64,000 nt of DNA. It comes from an uncultured Spirochaetota bacterium (GTDB lineage Bacteria; Spirochaetota; Brevinematia; Brevinematales; JAOACQ01). The stretch spans positions 384,001-448,000 of the forward strand of contig CAWAOD010000009.1 in assembly GCA_963783575.1 (NCBI GenBank), written 5' to 3'. This document shows positions 50,484 to 61,656 of the stretch, piece by piece (position 1 is the first letter of the stretch; every line of letters begins with the position of its first letter). Made by a program: the position numbers and the translations under genes. The notes under the pieces are model-generated. The model worked only from the letters and a program-made list of their open reading frames with translations. It did no database searches and was not told where the DNA came from.

Positions 50484-50535
50484 TCAACGGTTTAAATAAG
50501 TTTCAAACAAACCTTTTTAATAAGATATATCTTAT

Positions 50536-51606
50536 TTATTTTACTATCCTGCTTTTTATTGAAGCTCTTTTCCCATATCCGTATATCTTTTCCCTTGTGA
50601 ATTTATCGATAACCGGTACAAAAATATTCATTATAATAATGGCATAGCAAACGCCATCCGGGAATATGCTCCAGAGACGTATTGCGACTGTAAGAATTCC
50701 AAGGAAAATTCCGAAGATTATTTTACCGTAAAGGCTTATCGGCGTAGTAACAGGATCTGAGGCCATAAATAGGGAACCAAGAATAAAGCCTCCTGTTATA
50801 ATATGAAAAAGAGCGTTGCCGGTAAAAAACCCGGTTCTATAAGGTAACCCACCGAAAACCCATACGAGAAGCACAGTTACCGCTGTATATGTCACAGGTA
50901 TTACCGGGTTAATAACTTTTCTGAATAATAAATATATAAAACCTATAAGAAGCGCTATGACAGAAGTTTCACCAATACATCCGGGCCTGTTCCCAATAAA
51001 TAAATTAAAGTAGTTGTCAATGTTCATATTATGAACAGATTCCCAGCCGCCGGTTTTCAGCAGGCTTAGTGGAGAAGCACTGCTTACTGCATCCGGCCCG
51101 ATGATAATACGCGAAGCCTCCTTAAAACTTATCCCCTTTACAATTAAATCCAACATTGAAGGAGACCATTTCCCTATAAACAACACCGGCCAGACCGCAG
51201 CCACAAAAATCCGTCCGCCAAGCGCAGGGTTCATAAAATTCTTTCCCAGACCGCCGAAAGCCCATTTAACGATGGCTATGGCAAAAAAGCATCCGGCAAT
51301 GACAACAAACCATGGTATTCCTGGGGGAAGGCAATATGCAAATAGCAGCGATGTTATGACTGCACTTCCATCAAAAGCTGTAAATCCCCGTTTAGAAAGA
51401 ATGTTCATCAATAGTTCAGTCAATATACCGGTTAATAAACTTATTAGTATTATACGAACCGAGTTCATACCGAAGAAAATAATAGCAGCGGCCCCCGCAG
51501 GTAAGAGGGCGATAACGGTATCCCACATCATACTTTCTATGGAAAAACGGCTGTGGATATGCGGAGAAAAAAATGGAGAACCTGCTTTACCTTCAGCTTT
51601 GGCCAT
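50536..51606 (-). CDS. rnfD: Rnf electron transport complex subunit D
   Basis: SPHI, FGGLGKNFMNPA, GCIGETS and FMASDPVTTP motifs. Confidence 0.9.
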   Translation of the reverse strand: MAKAEGKAGSPFFSPHIHSRFSIESMMWDTVIALLPAGAAAIIFFGMNSVRIILISLLTGILTELLMNILSKRGFTAFDGSAVITSLLFAYCLPPGIPWFVVIAGCFFAIAIVKWAFGGLGKNFMNPALGGRIFVAAVWPVLFIGKWSPSMLDLIVKGISFKEASRIIIGPDAVSSASPLSLLKTGGWESVHNMNIDNYFNLFIGNRPGCIGETSVIALLIGFIYLLFRKVINPVIPVTYTAVTVLLVWVFGGLPYRTGFFTGNALFHIITGGFILGSLFMASDPVTTPISLYGKIIFGIFLGILTVAIRLWSIFPDGVCYAIIIMNIFVPVIDKFTREKIYGYGKRASIKSRIVK

Positions 51607-52906
51607 TTGCTTCCCCCATTTTTTGCTTGCCGTAACGGATCAACCCTGTTATAGGAATTGACGAAGGGCAGATATATGAACAAGCGCCGCATTCAATGCA
51701 ATCATATAGACCAAAAGTTTCAGCAGCTTCATTAAAAAAAGAGCCTTCACATAATTTTACCAGCTCTGAAGGCTGAAGCCTTACGGGACATGCTTCCAAA
51801 CACTTTGAACATCTGATGCAGGGTTTGTTTCTAACCCTGTAGTTGTTTTTCCCGGGAAGAACTACAATACCCGAGGTATTTTTCAAAACAGGCGTATTCT
51901 TATCATTGATTTCATATCCCATCATCGGCCCACCGGCCAATATTGAATAGAAATTATCCGGCAGATCGTAATCGTCAAAGATTTGTCCGGCTAAACTGCC
52001 GATCCGTACTTTATAATTTCCCCTGTTTTTTACCTGATCACCTGTATAGGTCATTATTCTCTCAATTAAAGGCTTTCTAAATACGATTGCTTCATAAATT
52101 GCATATGTTGTTGCGGTATTTTCAACAATAATTCCCAGATCCTCCGGAGAACCCTTGCTTGGTATCTGCCGGCCCGTTACGGTCTCTATTATCTGATTTT
52201 CACAGCCCCCAGGATATTTCAGCCCCAGTGATAAAATCTTAAAAGAGCCGTCGCCTTTCAATTTCGATTCAAACATATCTATTACATCTGTTTTGTTTTT
52301 TTCAAGTACAATAAAAGCCTTATCCGTCGAGATAATTTTCATAATTATTCGAATACCTTCTATAATTTCATCCGTTTTCTCAATCATTAAGCTATGATCG
52401 GAGGTTAAATAAGGCTCGCTTTCAGCGCCATTGATTATCAGTACGTTTATTTTTTTTTCTTTCGGAAGTGAAAGTTTAATATGAGAAGGAAAAGCATTTC
52501 CGCCCAACCCGACAATTCCGGCATCTTTGATCATTTTCAACAGTTCATGATTTTTTAGGGAAGTATAAACAAACTTTTCCTTATACCAGTTTTTTATTAT
52601 TCCTCCAGTTTCAATAACCGCGGTTTCAACAGCCCTGCATGTCGGTGTATCGATTTTTTCAACCGCCGTGACTCTTCCGGAAACGCTGGAATGGATATTC
52701 GAGGAGATTTCTCCGTCAGCCTCACCGATGACCTGCCCTTCTTCAACAAGATCCCCGATTTTTACCAGAAGTTTTGCAGGGTTTCCTATATGCTGAGACA
52801 TTGGAAGCCTTACAATTTTCGGCATATGGGATTTTATGATGGGATGCGCCCCGGTTAACTTATTTTCTTTCAGCCGAAGGCCTCCGCGGAAAGTATGGAT
52901 TTTCAT
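51593..52906 (-). CDS. rnfC: Rnf electron transport complex subunit C
   Basis: QHIG.PA, AGIVGLGG..FP, EPYLT.D and GGPMMG motifs; two 4Fe-4S motifs. Confidence 0.9.
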   Translation of the reverse strand: MKIHTFRGGLRLKENKLTGAHPIIKSHMPKIVRLPMSQHIGNPAKLLVKIGDLVEEGQVIGEADGEISSNIHSSVSGRVTAVEKIDTPTCRAVETAVIETGGIIKNWYKEKFVYTSLKNHELLKMIKDAGIVGLGGNAFPSHIKLSLPKEKKINVLIINGAESEPYLTSDHSLMIEKTDEIIEGIRIIMKIISTDKAFIVLEKNKTDVIDMFESKLKGDGSFKILSLGLKYPGGCENQIIETVTGRQIPSKGSPEDLGIIVENTATTYAIYEAIVFRKPLIERIMTYTGDQVKNRGNYKVRIGSLAGQIFDDYDLPDNFYSILAGGPMMGYEINDKNTPVLKNTSGIVVLPGKNNYRVRNKPCIRCSKCLEACPVRLQPSELVKLCEGSFFNEAAETFGLYDCIECGACSYICPSSIPITGLIRYGKQKMGEANGQS

Positions 52907-53049
52907 CCGGAATACTCCTTTTTTCGGCAAATATCATTTTTACAGAATAATAATATAGAGCGGTAAACCGTAAAAGTCAAACAATGGCAAGCCATTCTGG
53001 TAATGGCAATCCATACGGATAATGATTTCAATGCCTATTTGCGGAAGTT

Positions 53050-53442
53050 TTATTTGCTTTCCTTATTCAAAACTAACTTATAAATAATGGAAGAGATTAT
53101 AATTGAAATAAAAATAAAAAGCGGCAATAAAATCAGTTGTATTATTTTTAAATCATGATGAATAAAAGTATGATTAATTACTGTCAGCAATATAACTATT
53201 GGCAATATGATTATAACCTGAATGATATTGAATTTTACTAAATTAACAGGCCTGACAAAAAAATAATAAAGAGTAATATTTATTATTGACAGCAATATTA
53301 CAAGGATGGAATGTAAAATCATATTTCCTGGAGTAATAATTCCCATAATTGTAAGCTCAACATAAAGCATGACCAGCAGAATAATAAAACCAATAATCGC
53401 TTTTTCATTGAGTAATATTTCCTTCTTAAAAAACCATTTCAT
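53050..53442 (-). CDS. Hypothetical membrane protein
   Basis: Four hydrophobic helices. Confidence 0.55.
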   Translation of the reverse strand: MKWFFKKEILLNEKAIIGFIILLVMLYVELTIMGIITPGNMILHSILVILLSIINITLYYFFVRPVNLVKFNIIQVIIILPIVILLTVINHTFIHHDLKIIQLILLPLFIFISIIISSIIYKLVLNKESK

Positions 53443-53451
53443 AAAATAACC

Positions 53452-54243
53452 TTATATCCCCATAAATATATCTTCCAGTTTATTCAAAACAGATTCTCTC
53501 TTCCAGAATTTCCAGCCATGAATCTGGTCTGTACCGAGATCAAGGAAATTGATTATTTCGACATTATCAGGATTATTTTGAGTCAGATTTTTGGCTTGAG
53601 TTGAATAAACGGACTTTTCCTCACAGAAAAGATAAATTTTAAGTCGATCGAATTTTTTAATTATTTCAACCGGGTTTTCATTGTGCCAGGATTCTTTATC
53701 GCCGCCGAATTGCTTCAAATGAATGCGGTATTCTCCGCTGAACTTATCGAGTTTAGAGTAATCAAAAGTCCCGGAAATAGCGATAATTTCAGCCCTGTTT
53801 GTGATAATTGACGCAAACTTCAAAACCCCTTCAACTCCTGTTGAGATGCCTGAAAAAATAATTCTGGCGCTCAAGCCATATTTATTAATAATGCCGCGAT
53901 GGATTCCTGATAACCATAACATATCAGGGTGGATTTTTGTTGTTCCCTTTTCATATAGAGGGTAAACCGTGCCGGGGATATCAGGAAGGATTATCATAGC
54001 ATGGATTCTTCCGGATATTTTCTCAAGTTCCCAGTATCTTATTATCCAAACAGGGTTCTGGCGGTAGGGATCGGATTCGGCCTGAAATCCGGGAAAAATC
54101 CAGATTATTTTTTGAATATCTTCACCGTCTTTATTTACAATAAATATTTTGTTTTTTTGACCGGGGCCTGGTATTATTGTTACTGATGAATAAGCATAAC
54201 CTAAAGTAAAAATAATCATTATAAGAAATATTTCAAATTTCAT
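53452..54243 (-). CDS. Secreted alpha/beta hydrolase (esterase-like)
   Basis: Signal peptide; GISTG nucleophile motif; HGWKFW. Confidence 0.65.
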   Translation of the reverse strand: MKFEIFLIMIIFTLGYAYSSVTIIPGPGQKNKIFIVNKDGEDIQKIIWIFPGFQAESDPYRQNPVWIIRYWELEKISGRIHAMIILPDIPGTVYPLYEKGTTKIHPDMLWLSGIHRGIINKYGLSARIIFSGISTGVEGVLKFASIITNRAEIIAISGTFDYSKLDKFSGEYRIHLKQFGGDKESWHNENPVEIIKKFDRLKIYLFCEEKSVYSTQAKNLTQNNPDNVEIINFLDLGTDQIHGWKFWKRESVLNKLEDIFMGI

Positions 54244-54267
54244 AATTACCTTACAAACGAATAATGC

Positions 54268-56589
54268 TTATTCTTTAAGAACAAGGCGAAATGTAAAGAA
54301 CAGGGTTCCAACAGTATAAACCGCCAGACCGATTATGAATACTGCTGTGAAGCCATATAATATCGCTATAAAAACTGCGATAAAGCTGGCTACAACTGAA
54401 AAGATGCCGTTTATAGACCACATCCAGGGAATGGAACTCTGGACGGAAGAAATGACCCTTATTCCCGAAGGCATCATGAACCCCATGAATACGCCGGTAA
54501 GGCTAACAAGTAAAGCCACAATTATAACTCTCCACACAAAAATAAAACCTATCAAAAAAGAATCCAGATATTGCGTAATTAAATATGAAAGGATGGTTGT
54601 TGTGATAATACCGCAAAGCCCGATAAATATGGCACGGTAAGGATTTTTAATTCTTTCGGAAAGAAAACTACCTATGCCGGTGCTTATAAGTAGCGCTGAA
54701 AGTACTACCGAGAACGAGTAAACCGGATGCCCAAGTATAAGAGTATATTTCTGCATAAGGACAACTTCCATCATCATAAACCCCAGGCCCAGTGAAGCGA
54801 AATATAATATGGATCCGGCTTTATTAGGCAACTTTCTTAAACCTCCGAGGTTTAGGAAAAGAAGAGGCAGAAGCATGAAAATAACGCTGTATAATGCAAC
54901 CTGTGAAGTAATCTGCCTGAGCATTAAAAAAGGCTGGGGATAATAATGCTTGATCGCATAAATATCGCGTGTGAATTCAACGGAATCGGGTTTCATATGC
55001 TGGCTGAAGAAAGGCCAGTTGTCCGTCGATGGCCGTAATTCCTGATCGCTTAAAAAATATTTGTTATCCATATTTTTTGCAAGAATCAGGTCCTCAACAA
55101 TAGAACCAGTTTTTAATCCTGGGGCATAGAGGACTTTATGGCCGGCCAATGTCATATATTTAACTACATTTTGGACTTCCTCCGGAGAAAAAACACCGTT
55201 CTTAACCAGTAATTTACACTTCCTATAATTCGAATTTTCCTCATCGCCCATAATGATTGAATGTTTGAATTCATTATCCCTTCCCAGACGGTGAAAAGCT
55301 TCTTTAAGTAGGCACGCGAATCTTTCGGCATGGGGAATTGGATTGCTTAAGTAAATAACTCCGCCCGGTTTTAGTTTATTAAGATAATCTATCATTGCCT
55401 CAACGGTAAAGAGATAACTTTCGGCTAAAGTGAAAGAACCCGACGAGACAGCAACCTGAGAAATGGAATTATCAAAAACCAAGACATCATATTTTCTCGC
55501 TGTTGAACGGATAAAAAACCTTCCTTCCTGAAACTCTACATGTACATTCGGAAGATTGGCAATATTTCCAGTAAAATTTGTATAAACTTCTTTTAATGTC
55601 CTGTATATTGTGGAATTGAATTCCGCTCCGTAAACATTTCCAGCTCCGCAGCCGAGCGCAAGCTGAATATCTTTACCTTCCCCGACTCCAATAACACCGA
55701 CATCGTCAGGGTCTTTTTTAACAACATAAGGATAATAATGGCTCTTTAATATTTTTTTGAATTCGGAAAAATCTTTTGTATACTGGGCATTATACATATA
55801 AGTAAAGCAGGTAAAGTCTGCTGTAGCGACCCTTGAACCATTAGCGCTTTCAAAAACGGCTACATACCCGAAATTATCCCAATCGGAAAATAACTTTTTG
55901 CCGAATATTTCCACATTCCTTTTTTCTTTATCAACACGGACTTCCACATCTTTAACCAGAGGATAAACAAATAAAATATCGGGAATTATTAAAAGAAGAA
56001 CCGGAATTGCTATAAAAGCATTTTGCCTAAACGCAAAGAAAGCCGCGCCTACGATCACTGCAATGGAAATTATATATGCAGTAAACATCGGACCATGGTG
56101 GGGAAATACTGCAAGGGCGAAAAAGCATCCGATACCGCCACCCAGTAAGTCAAAAAAATACAATTGATTTATTTTTTCGCTTAAATTTGAAAAAAGCGAT
56201 GAAAAGATATATCCTGCAAGTACAAAGGGGATTATAAGTGTCAGAAAAAAATCCCTGAAATAACCCTGCTGTACCGGATCGGTTGCGATATCATTCATTT
56301 GAAGAGGAATTGAATTTATATGGAGAAGTACCCAGGGAATACTGAATGCAAGCAGGGCGGAAATAATTGCCAGGAACAGGGGCAGAAACTTTTTAACAAA
56401 GCGGTTGGTAAAGAAAACAAGAAGCCCGCCAAGTCCGATTCCGAAAAGAGCCACGGAAAGAATAATAAATGCGAAATGGTACCAGAATGTCAGAGCAAAC
56501 ATACGGTTTAAGACTGTCTCCAGAGCCAGAACGGAAAGAGAAATAATAAATATTCCCGCGAAAAGCGCCCAATGTGAATGTTTTCCCAT
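54268..56589 (-). CDS. Multi-TM membrane protein with spermidine-synthase-like methyltransferase domain
   Basis: YHFAF..LS.ALFG.G, IGVGEGKD, EGRFFI, ESYLFTVEA, TDNWPFF and WMWSINGIFSV motifs. Confidence 0.8.
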   Translation of the reverse strand: MGKHSHWALFAGIFIISLSVLALETVLNRMFALTFWYHFAFIILSVALFGIGLGGLLVFFTNRFVKKFLPLFLAIISALLAFSIPWVLLHINSIPLQMNDIATDPVQQGYFRDFFLTLIIPFVLAGYIFSSLFSNLSEKINQLYFFDLLGGGIGCFFALAVFPHHGPMFTAYIISIAVIVGAAFFAFRQNAFIAIPVLLLIIPDILFVYPLVKDVEVRVDKEKRNVEIFGKKLFSDWDNFGYVAVFESANGSRVATADFTCFTYMYNAQYTKDFSEFKKILKSHYYPYVVKKDPDDVGVIGVGEGKDIQLALGCGAGNVYGAEFNSTIYRTLKEVYTNFTGNIANLPNVHVEFQEGRFFIRSTARKYDVLVFDNSISQVAVSSGSFTLAESYLFTVEAMIDYLNKLKPGGVIYLSNPIPHAERFACLLKEAFHRLGRDNEFKHSIIMGDEENSNYRKCKLLVKNGVFSPEEVQNVVKYMTLAGHKVLYAPGLKTGSIVEDLILAKNMDNKYFLSDQELRPSTDNWPFFSQHMKPDSVEFTRDIYAIKHYYPQPFLMLRQITSQVALYSVIFMLLPLLFLNLGGLRKLPNKAGSILYFASLGLGFMMMEVVLMQKYTLILGHPVYSFSVVLSALLISTGIGSFLSERIKNPYRAIFIGLCGIITTTILSYLITQYLDSFLIGFIFVWRVIIVALLVSLTGVFMGFMMPSGIRVISSVQSSIPWMWSINGIFSVVASFIAVFIAILYGFTAVFIIGLAVYTVGTLFFTFRLVLKE

Positions 56590-56770
56590 AAATCAAACTT
56601 CTCCACAATATAAATTTTTAATCACTTTACTCGATTATTAGCTTGCGATAATAATAATATTGAATTATAAATACCGATCAAGCGGAACGCTTGTTAAAAT
56701 AAAAATATTTTATAGGGGAGTTAGAATTTTAGCAAGTTATTCCTGTACAGTCAATCCCGGGTAATCATAA

Positions 56771-56798
56771 AAAAAGCGGCGAAATATTCCGCCGCTTT
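56771..56798 (-). terminator. Intrinsic terminator after the cyclase gene
   Basis: AAAAGCGGCG-loop-CGCCGCTTTT with A/T tracts. Confidence 0.75.
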
Positions 56799-56802
56799 TA
56801 AA

Positions 56803-59157
56803 TTATTTTGTTTTCAATACGAATACACCATCCCAGTCATCAGGAGGAGGATTTTTCTTAAAGTTAGTACAGCGGCCGAGATATGTTTGAGAAGGGGCAT
56901 CATTGCTGTTTTTGATAATATCCTGGAACATGTTTATCGCTGTCTGCCAATTGCGGTTGTTATATTCCTGCAGGGCTTCTTCATAAAGTTTTATGGTTTT
57001 TAATAAATTTTCTTCAACCTCGCCGGTCCTTCCGACAAGTTCATATACAGCAACCGGCTTGGTTTTACCGACCACCCGGAGCAAATCGAGTTTTCTAACA
57101 ATAAATTTATCTTTTACATATTCGTATGTGCTGTCCGAAATCATCGTATAAGTACCATATGCTTTATTCGCTCCTTCAAAACGTGATGCCGAGTTTACAG
57201 TATCGCCCATCATTGTATAGTCCATTCTCTGCTGGGATCCCATATTGCCGATGACAGCCTGGCCTGTATTGATGCCCATTCTGGCGTTCAATGACGGAAG
57301 TCCTTCTTTTTCCCAATCACTCCTGAGTCTTTGCAGTGTCGCCTGCATATCCACTGCTGCGTTGCAGCAGCGGATGGCATGATCCGGATGCGGTATAGGC
57401 GCTCCAAAAAATGCCACAATGGCATCCCCCTCATATTTATCTACAGTTCCGCCGTTTGCAAGAATAATGTCTGTCATTGCGGTTAGATATTTATTCAACA
57501 ACCCTACCAGATCTTCAGGGGATAATTTTTCCGAAATTGAGGTGAAGCCGGCAACATCAGAGAAGTATGCCGTTATCTCTCTTCTTTCTCCTCCGAGTTT
57601 GAGCAGGCTCGGGTTATCGATCACCTGCTTTACAACATCGGGTGAAAGGTACTGCATAAATGCCTTTTTAATATAATTTTTCTGCCTGTCATAAAGCATG
57701 AATTTATAAATGATGAAAGCTATCAAGCTGATAAATGCATGCAATAGTATCAGGATATAGTTCAAAATCTGCCCGAATAACGCTAACAAAACATAATCCA
57801 ATATTAAAATGAAGGCGATTATTAATCCCGAGAATACTATTTCTCTTAATGCCGAAGTAAGCCTTAAGCTGACAATGAAAATCATAAAACCAAGAAGTAT
57901 TATAAGACTTATATCCATATAATCGGGAACTTTTGTTAAAAACGCCTTTTGATAAATTGTATTGATAAGAGTACCCTGAAGAAGAACCAGCGGTGCCACA
58001 GGATCGATAGTTATCATACCCCTGTCCGTGCTGGCTTCGGCAGTCCATCCTGTAATGGTTATTTTACCGTTAACGACTGATATTTTATTTGAGAGTTCGC
58101 TTAAGATCGGTTCAAGAACCTTGATCTGCTCGCGAATGGCTTTTTTATCTTCCTCGCTTACGTTTTTATTTGTCAAATACGATTGATACTGTTCATATAC
58201 TTTATTGTCGTCATAATATTCAACCAGAAAACTGAACGGCAGATGTCTTCCGAAAGGATTTTGCGCCCATTTTTTTGTCCAGTTTATATACATCTCACCG
58301 TTTTCAAGGATAGGTATTTTAAAAGTTGTTTTTCCATCCCTGGAAACAAGTTTTACATAATTGCCGGGTTTTATTTCTATTTTATCCCTGTCGATATCAA
58401 ATTCATCAAAAATAATAGGCATAGATAATTGCGGGACAAGATAATCTTTATAAATGCTGAAAAGACCGATTTTCCTCAGAGACCCGTCGATATCCTTAAT
58501 GGATGTTGTAAAACCCAAGCTTTTAGCCGAGAGGTAGATTGGAAAAGCGGGGCTTTCCATTAATTTATCGGAGGGTATTGTATTGGTCAGTTTTTTGTCT
58601 TTTAAGGGTATAAAAAACTTTTCCACAATCTGTAGTTCTTGGTTCTGATCCTTTGAAATATCTGTCCTTTCTTTTGCGCTTTGATCGACGCCCCGGCATG
58701 GAAGATATACATTGATCGGGCTAATTCCGAATGCTTTCGCGAGTTCCCTGTCGGGCTGAATGACGAGATCATCCTGAATATACTGCATTGGGACCGCGGC
58801 ATTCTGCGAATCGATAAGCTGTTTAAAATTTTCCTGGTTCAATACTATGGGAGCCGGATCGATATATTCAATGTCAAGTAGTATTTTATCCGCCCCGAAT
58901 TTCTTCAGTACGCTGATTCCATTGGCAATCCTGTAACGAGGAGGAGGATAATTCCCGAGAAGATCGATTGTCTGGTCGTCTATATCCACGTAAAGAATCT
59001 TATTCCATTCGGCAGGCCTCGGCTTGATCATGGAAAAAATATCGTAAAGCTTTAAATCCAGCAGCCGCCCGGGAGGACTGTATGATATGAACAAAGCTAC
59101 AAAAATACTTACTATTACAATAATCAAACCTGTGGTAGTTTCCTTATTCCATTTCAA
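56803..59157 (-). CDS. CHASE2-domain class III adenylate/guanylate cyclase
   Basis: CHASE2 (VDIDD, DIDGSLR); three TM helices; FSDVAGFTS, DKYEGD and GDTVNSASRFEG motifs; likely TTG start after AAGGAGG. Confidence 0.9.
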   Translation of the reverse strand: MKWNKETTTGLIIVIVSIFVALFISYSPPGRLLDLKLYDIFSMIKPRPAEWNKILYVDIDDQTIDLLGNYPPPRYRIANGISVLKKFGADKILLDIEYIDPAPIVLNQENFKQLIDSQNAAVPMQYIQDDLVIQPDRELAKAFGISPINVYLPCRGVDQSAKERTDISKDQNQELQIVEKFFIPLKDKKLTNTIPSDKLMESPAFPIYLSAKSLGFTTSIKDIDGSLRKIGLFSIYKDYLVPQLSMPIIFDEFDIDRDKIEIKPGNYVKLVSRDGKTTFKIPILENGEMYINWTKKWAQNPFGRHLPFSFLVEYYDDNKVYEQYQSYLTNKNVSEEDKKAIREQIKVLEPILSELSNKISVVNGKITITGWTAEASTDRGMITIDPVAPLVLLQGTLINTIYQKAFLTKVPDYMDISLIILLGFMIFIVSLRLTSALREIVFSGLIIAFILILDYVLLALFGQILNYILILLHAFISLIAFIIYKFMLYDRQKNYIKKAFMQYLSPDVVKQVIDNPSLLKLGGERREITAYFSDVAGFTSISEKLSPEDLVGLLNKYLTAMTDIILANGGTVDKYEGDAIVAFFGAPIPHPDHAIRCCNAAVDMQATLQRLRSDWEKEGLPSLNARMGINTGQAVIGNMGSQQRMDYTMMGDTVNSASRFEGANKAYGTYTMISDSTYEYVKDKFIVRKLDLLRVVGKTKPVAVYELVGRTGEVEENLLKTIKLYEEALQEYNNRNWQTAINMFQDIIKNSNDAPSQTYLGRCTNFKKNPPPDDWDGVFVLKTK

Positions 59158-59222
59158 AGGCTGCCTCCTTATAAAAACAAAGGCGACATGAATCATGCCG
59201 CCTTAATATAAAATGAAAATAT

Positions 59223-60422
59223 CTAAATCTTAAGGCTTATCCCGGCCAGAAGTTTATATTGATTGGTTGTTGAAATATAGGCATTCCCGGGGATAAAATA
59301 ACCGATATTCGCAAACAGAGAAATATTGGGATCAAAATCCCAATTTAATGTACCGTCAACTTCATTTCCAACAACCTGTCCGTTGCTTGAATAGGAATTC
59401 ATCGAAACAATATCCGATTCATTGTTGGTCGACATCCTTATACTATAAATATAATCAATTTTCAAAGAAAGGTGATCTTCAAAAAGTCTTGATATTATAC
59501 CTACCCGTATCAGGAATAGATTAGAAAAATCAAGCCCCTCAACTAATCCCGTGCTGTATTTCCCGTAGGCTTTAAAGCCTTCATATACATTCGTGGAATT
59601 GGTGTTGTCCCCGCTTGCTATTGCAAGCTCCCCGGTTAATCCGAATTTGATATCGTCCCCGGTCAGGTATTGAAGCCCGGCATCGATTGCCCACCCTGAA
59701 AGGGAAATATTTGTATCATAGCTGCCCAGTTCATAAATCCCGGCGATTGTAAATGTAAGGCTTGGTATAATCGTGCCTTCCGCGTTCAAACCTATATAAA
59801 GGGGATTAAAAAGCTTATTTGTGGACAGGTCCATACTATATAAAATAGTTCCTGAAACGGATTTGTTCAATAAACCCAGGGCTTCTACCACGCCTCCGGC
59901 CACGAATCTCTGCGGCCCATTTGAAAGAACGCTGTCAACGCTTTGAATATAGAATTGATTTACACCAGTTGGCATTGTTCCCGGTATGCCGGAATCATAT
60001 GCGTAAATTCTCTCCTTTAACCCAAGAAAATTTGCGCTGAGCCTTGCTCCGTCAGCCATATTCCCAATCAAAATACCGTTATTTTCAAGGTATAAATCCC
60101 TTCCCACAAGCGCCCCAAAGTTTTCGCCGTTGTATTCGACGCTTAAGCGGTCGGCATAAAAGTAGTTTGTATTTGTCACTCCTGCTGGCGGCGCGTTCAT
60201 AAATACATCTTTAAACCGGAACTTTAAGCTTAAATTATCCGATAAGTATAAATCTGCGGAAGCGTTCGCGATATTTATTAATCCGCCATAAGGATTATTG
60301 CTGATATCTGCCGTGATAAGCTGGATCGGAATATCTTCAATGCCGAATGTATAATAAAAACCGTAGGCATTTGAAATTATCAGCAGAAGAAATGGAATTA
60401 TTATTAATGTTATCTTTTTCAT
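59223..60422 (-). CDS. Putative outer-membrane beta-barrel protein (alginate-export-like)
   Basis: Signal peptide; ASGD, GNEVD and GYFIPG motifs; amphipathic strands. Confidence 0.65.
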   Translation of the reverse strand: MKKITLIIIPFLLLIISNAYGFYYTFGIEDIPIQLITADISNNPYGGLINIANASADLYLSDNLSLKFRFKDVFMNAPPAGVTNTNYFYADRLSVEYNGENFGALVGRDLYLENNGILIGNMADGARLSANFLGLKERIYAYDSGIPGTMPTGVNQFYIQSVDSVLSNGPQRFVAGGVVEALGLLNKSVSGTILYSMDLSTNKLFNPLYIGLNAEGTIIPSLTFTIAGIYELGSYDTNISLSGWAIDAGLQYLTGDDIKFGLTGELAIASGDNTNSTNVYEGFKAYGKYSTGLVEGLDFSNLFLIRVGIISRLFEDHLSLKIDYIYSIRMSTNNESDIVSMNSYSSNGQVVGNEVDGTLNWDFDPNISLFANIGYFIPGNAYISTTNQYKLLAGISLKI

Positions 60423-60431
60423 TACTTCCCC

Positions 60432-61121
60432 CTAAAGTCTTTCCGGTTCTGAAACCTTCGGTGTTTCTGGTATTTTTGGTACTATATTGCTTGGTATATT
60501 CTGTTGTATTACATTCTGAATAACGTTATTATGCGTATCGTTATCACTGAATTGCTCGGTTGTACCGACATTTTGCTGAACGATTCCCGTCTGGCTGAAA
60601 GTCTGCCCGTTTCCTTTTACACCGCCCTGTTCTCCCTGGGAAGCTGTAAAATGGCTGCCGGAATTATCGGCAATATCAATAGAACCCTCAATTACATCAA
60701 CCTTCATTCCTCGCGCCGGGCCGAAACTGAAATCCTCCCATGTTCCTCTGACGGAAGCCGTTCCTTTTGGAGATTGGACTTTAAAACTTGATTTTATCCC
60801 TTGAATTTTAGTAAAATGAACACTAACCTTCCCGATATCGACCGAAAGCTGCTGATCGGAAGACGTTTCGGTTGTTTTTTCCTTAAATGTTACCATAGAC
60901 AGTTCATTAACGGTAAAGAACCCTCCCTTTGTTTCCACTTTCATCGATGAACCGATTCCTGTCATTATTTTCGTATTATCCTGAATACCCATATCAACAG
61001 CGGCCGGTTGCCATTTACCGTCAAGCAGTAAGTCGACTTTACCCTGCATTTCTATAATCTTCCCCGCATACAAAAAGCCGTATAACCCGGTAATTATTAA
61101 ACCAAATATAATTATCTTCAT
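60432..61121 (-). CDS. FecR domain-containing periplasmic protein
   Basis: Signal peptide; G.V...W..A...I.TG and FKVQSPKGTASVRGT motifs. Confidence 0.8.
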   Translation of the reverse strand: MKIIIFGLIITGLYGFLYAGKIIEMQGKVDLLLDGKWQPAAVDMGIQDNTKIMTGIGSSMKVETKGGFFTVNELSMVTFKEKTTETSSDQQLSVDIGKVSVHFTKIQGIKSSFKVQSPKGTASVRGTWEDFSFGPARGMKVDVIEGSIDIADNSGSHFTASQGEQGGVKGNGQTFSQTGIVQQNVGTTEQFSDNDTHNNVIQNVIQQNIPSNIVPKIPETPKVSEPERL

Positions 61122-61151
61122 ATAATCCTCCTGGATTAAAACACTTTAATA

Positions 61152-61580
61152 TTATTTCTGTTTTTCTTTTATCAACGAAACAAATTCAATAAGTTCCATG
61201 CCGCTTATATTTCTGTTCCAGAAATAATAACTCGGCAATATATTCTGGTAGATAAGGCTCTCCGCGGCATACTTCGAAAAACCTGTTAAGCTGTAAATTA
61301 TCCCGCCCCGAACTTTTTTCATCTCGATTGCTATGATCGAGAACCTGCCGGCGTTAAGCGGGTCTTCCATTTTCAAAGACATAAGCCTGCCGTTGCCTTT
61401 CAGGTCAACGCTATCTTTTTCCACATCAGGGTTGTCCAGGGAAGAAAGCATCATAACGGCATCCTCAACCGAAGCAATATCTTTATCCATAATATCCCTG
61501 ACATCGCTTGTCGATATGGAAAATCCCTGTGAAAACGTAAATAGAAGGAAAATCAAAGCTCCTCCAAATAACCATTTCAT
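61152..61580 (-). CDS. Secreted hypothetical protein
   Basis: GAGG RBS; signal peptide; GGIIYSLTG..KYA motif. Confidence 0.6.
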   Translation of the reverse strand: MKWLFGGALIFLLFTFSQGFSISTSDVRDIMDKDIASVEDAVMMLSSLDNPDVEKDSVDLKGNGRLMSLKMEDPLNAGRFSIIAIEMKKVRGGIIYSLTGFSKYAAESLIYQNILPSYYFWNRNISGMELIEFVSLIKEKQK

Positions 61581-61656
61581 TATAAACCTCCGATATCTTT
61601 TGTTTTCAATATCTTATATTTTCAATATTTATACTTCAAAACCGGTCCCAAATTAC

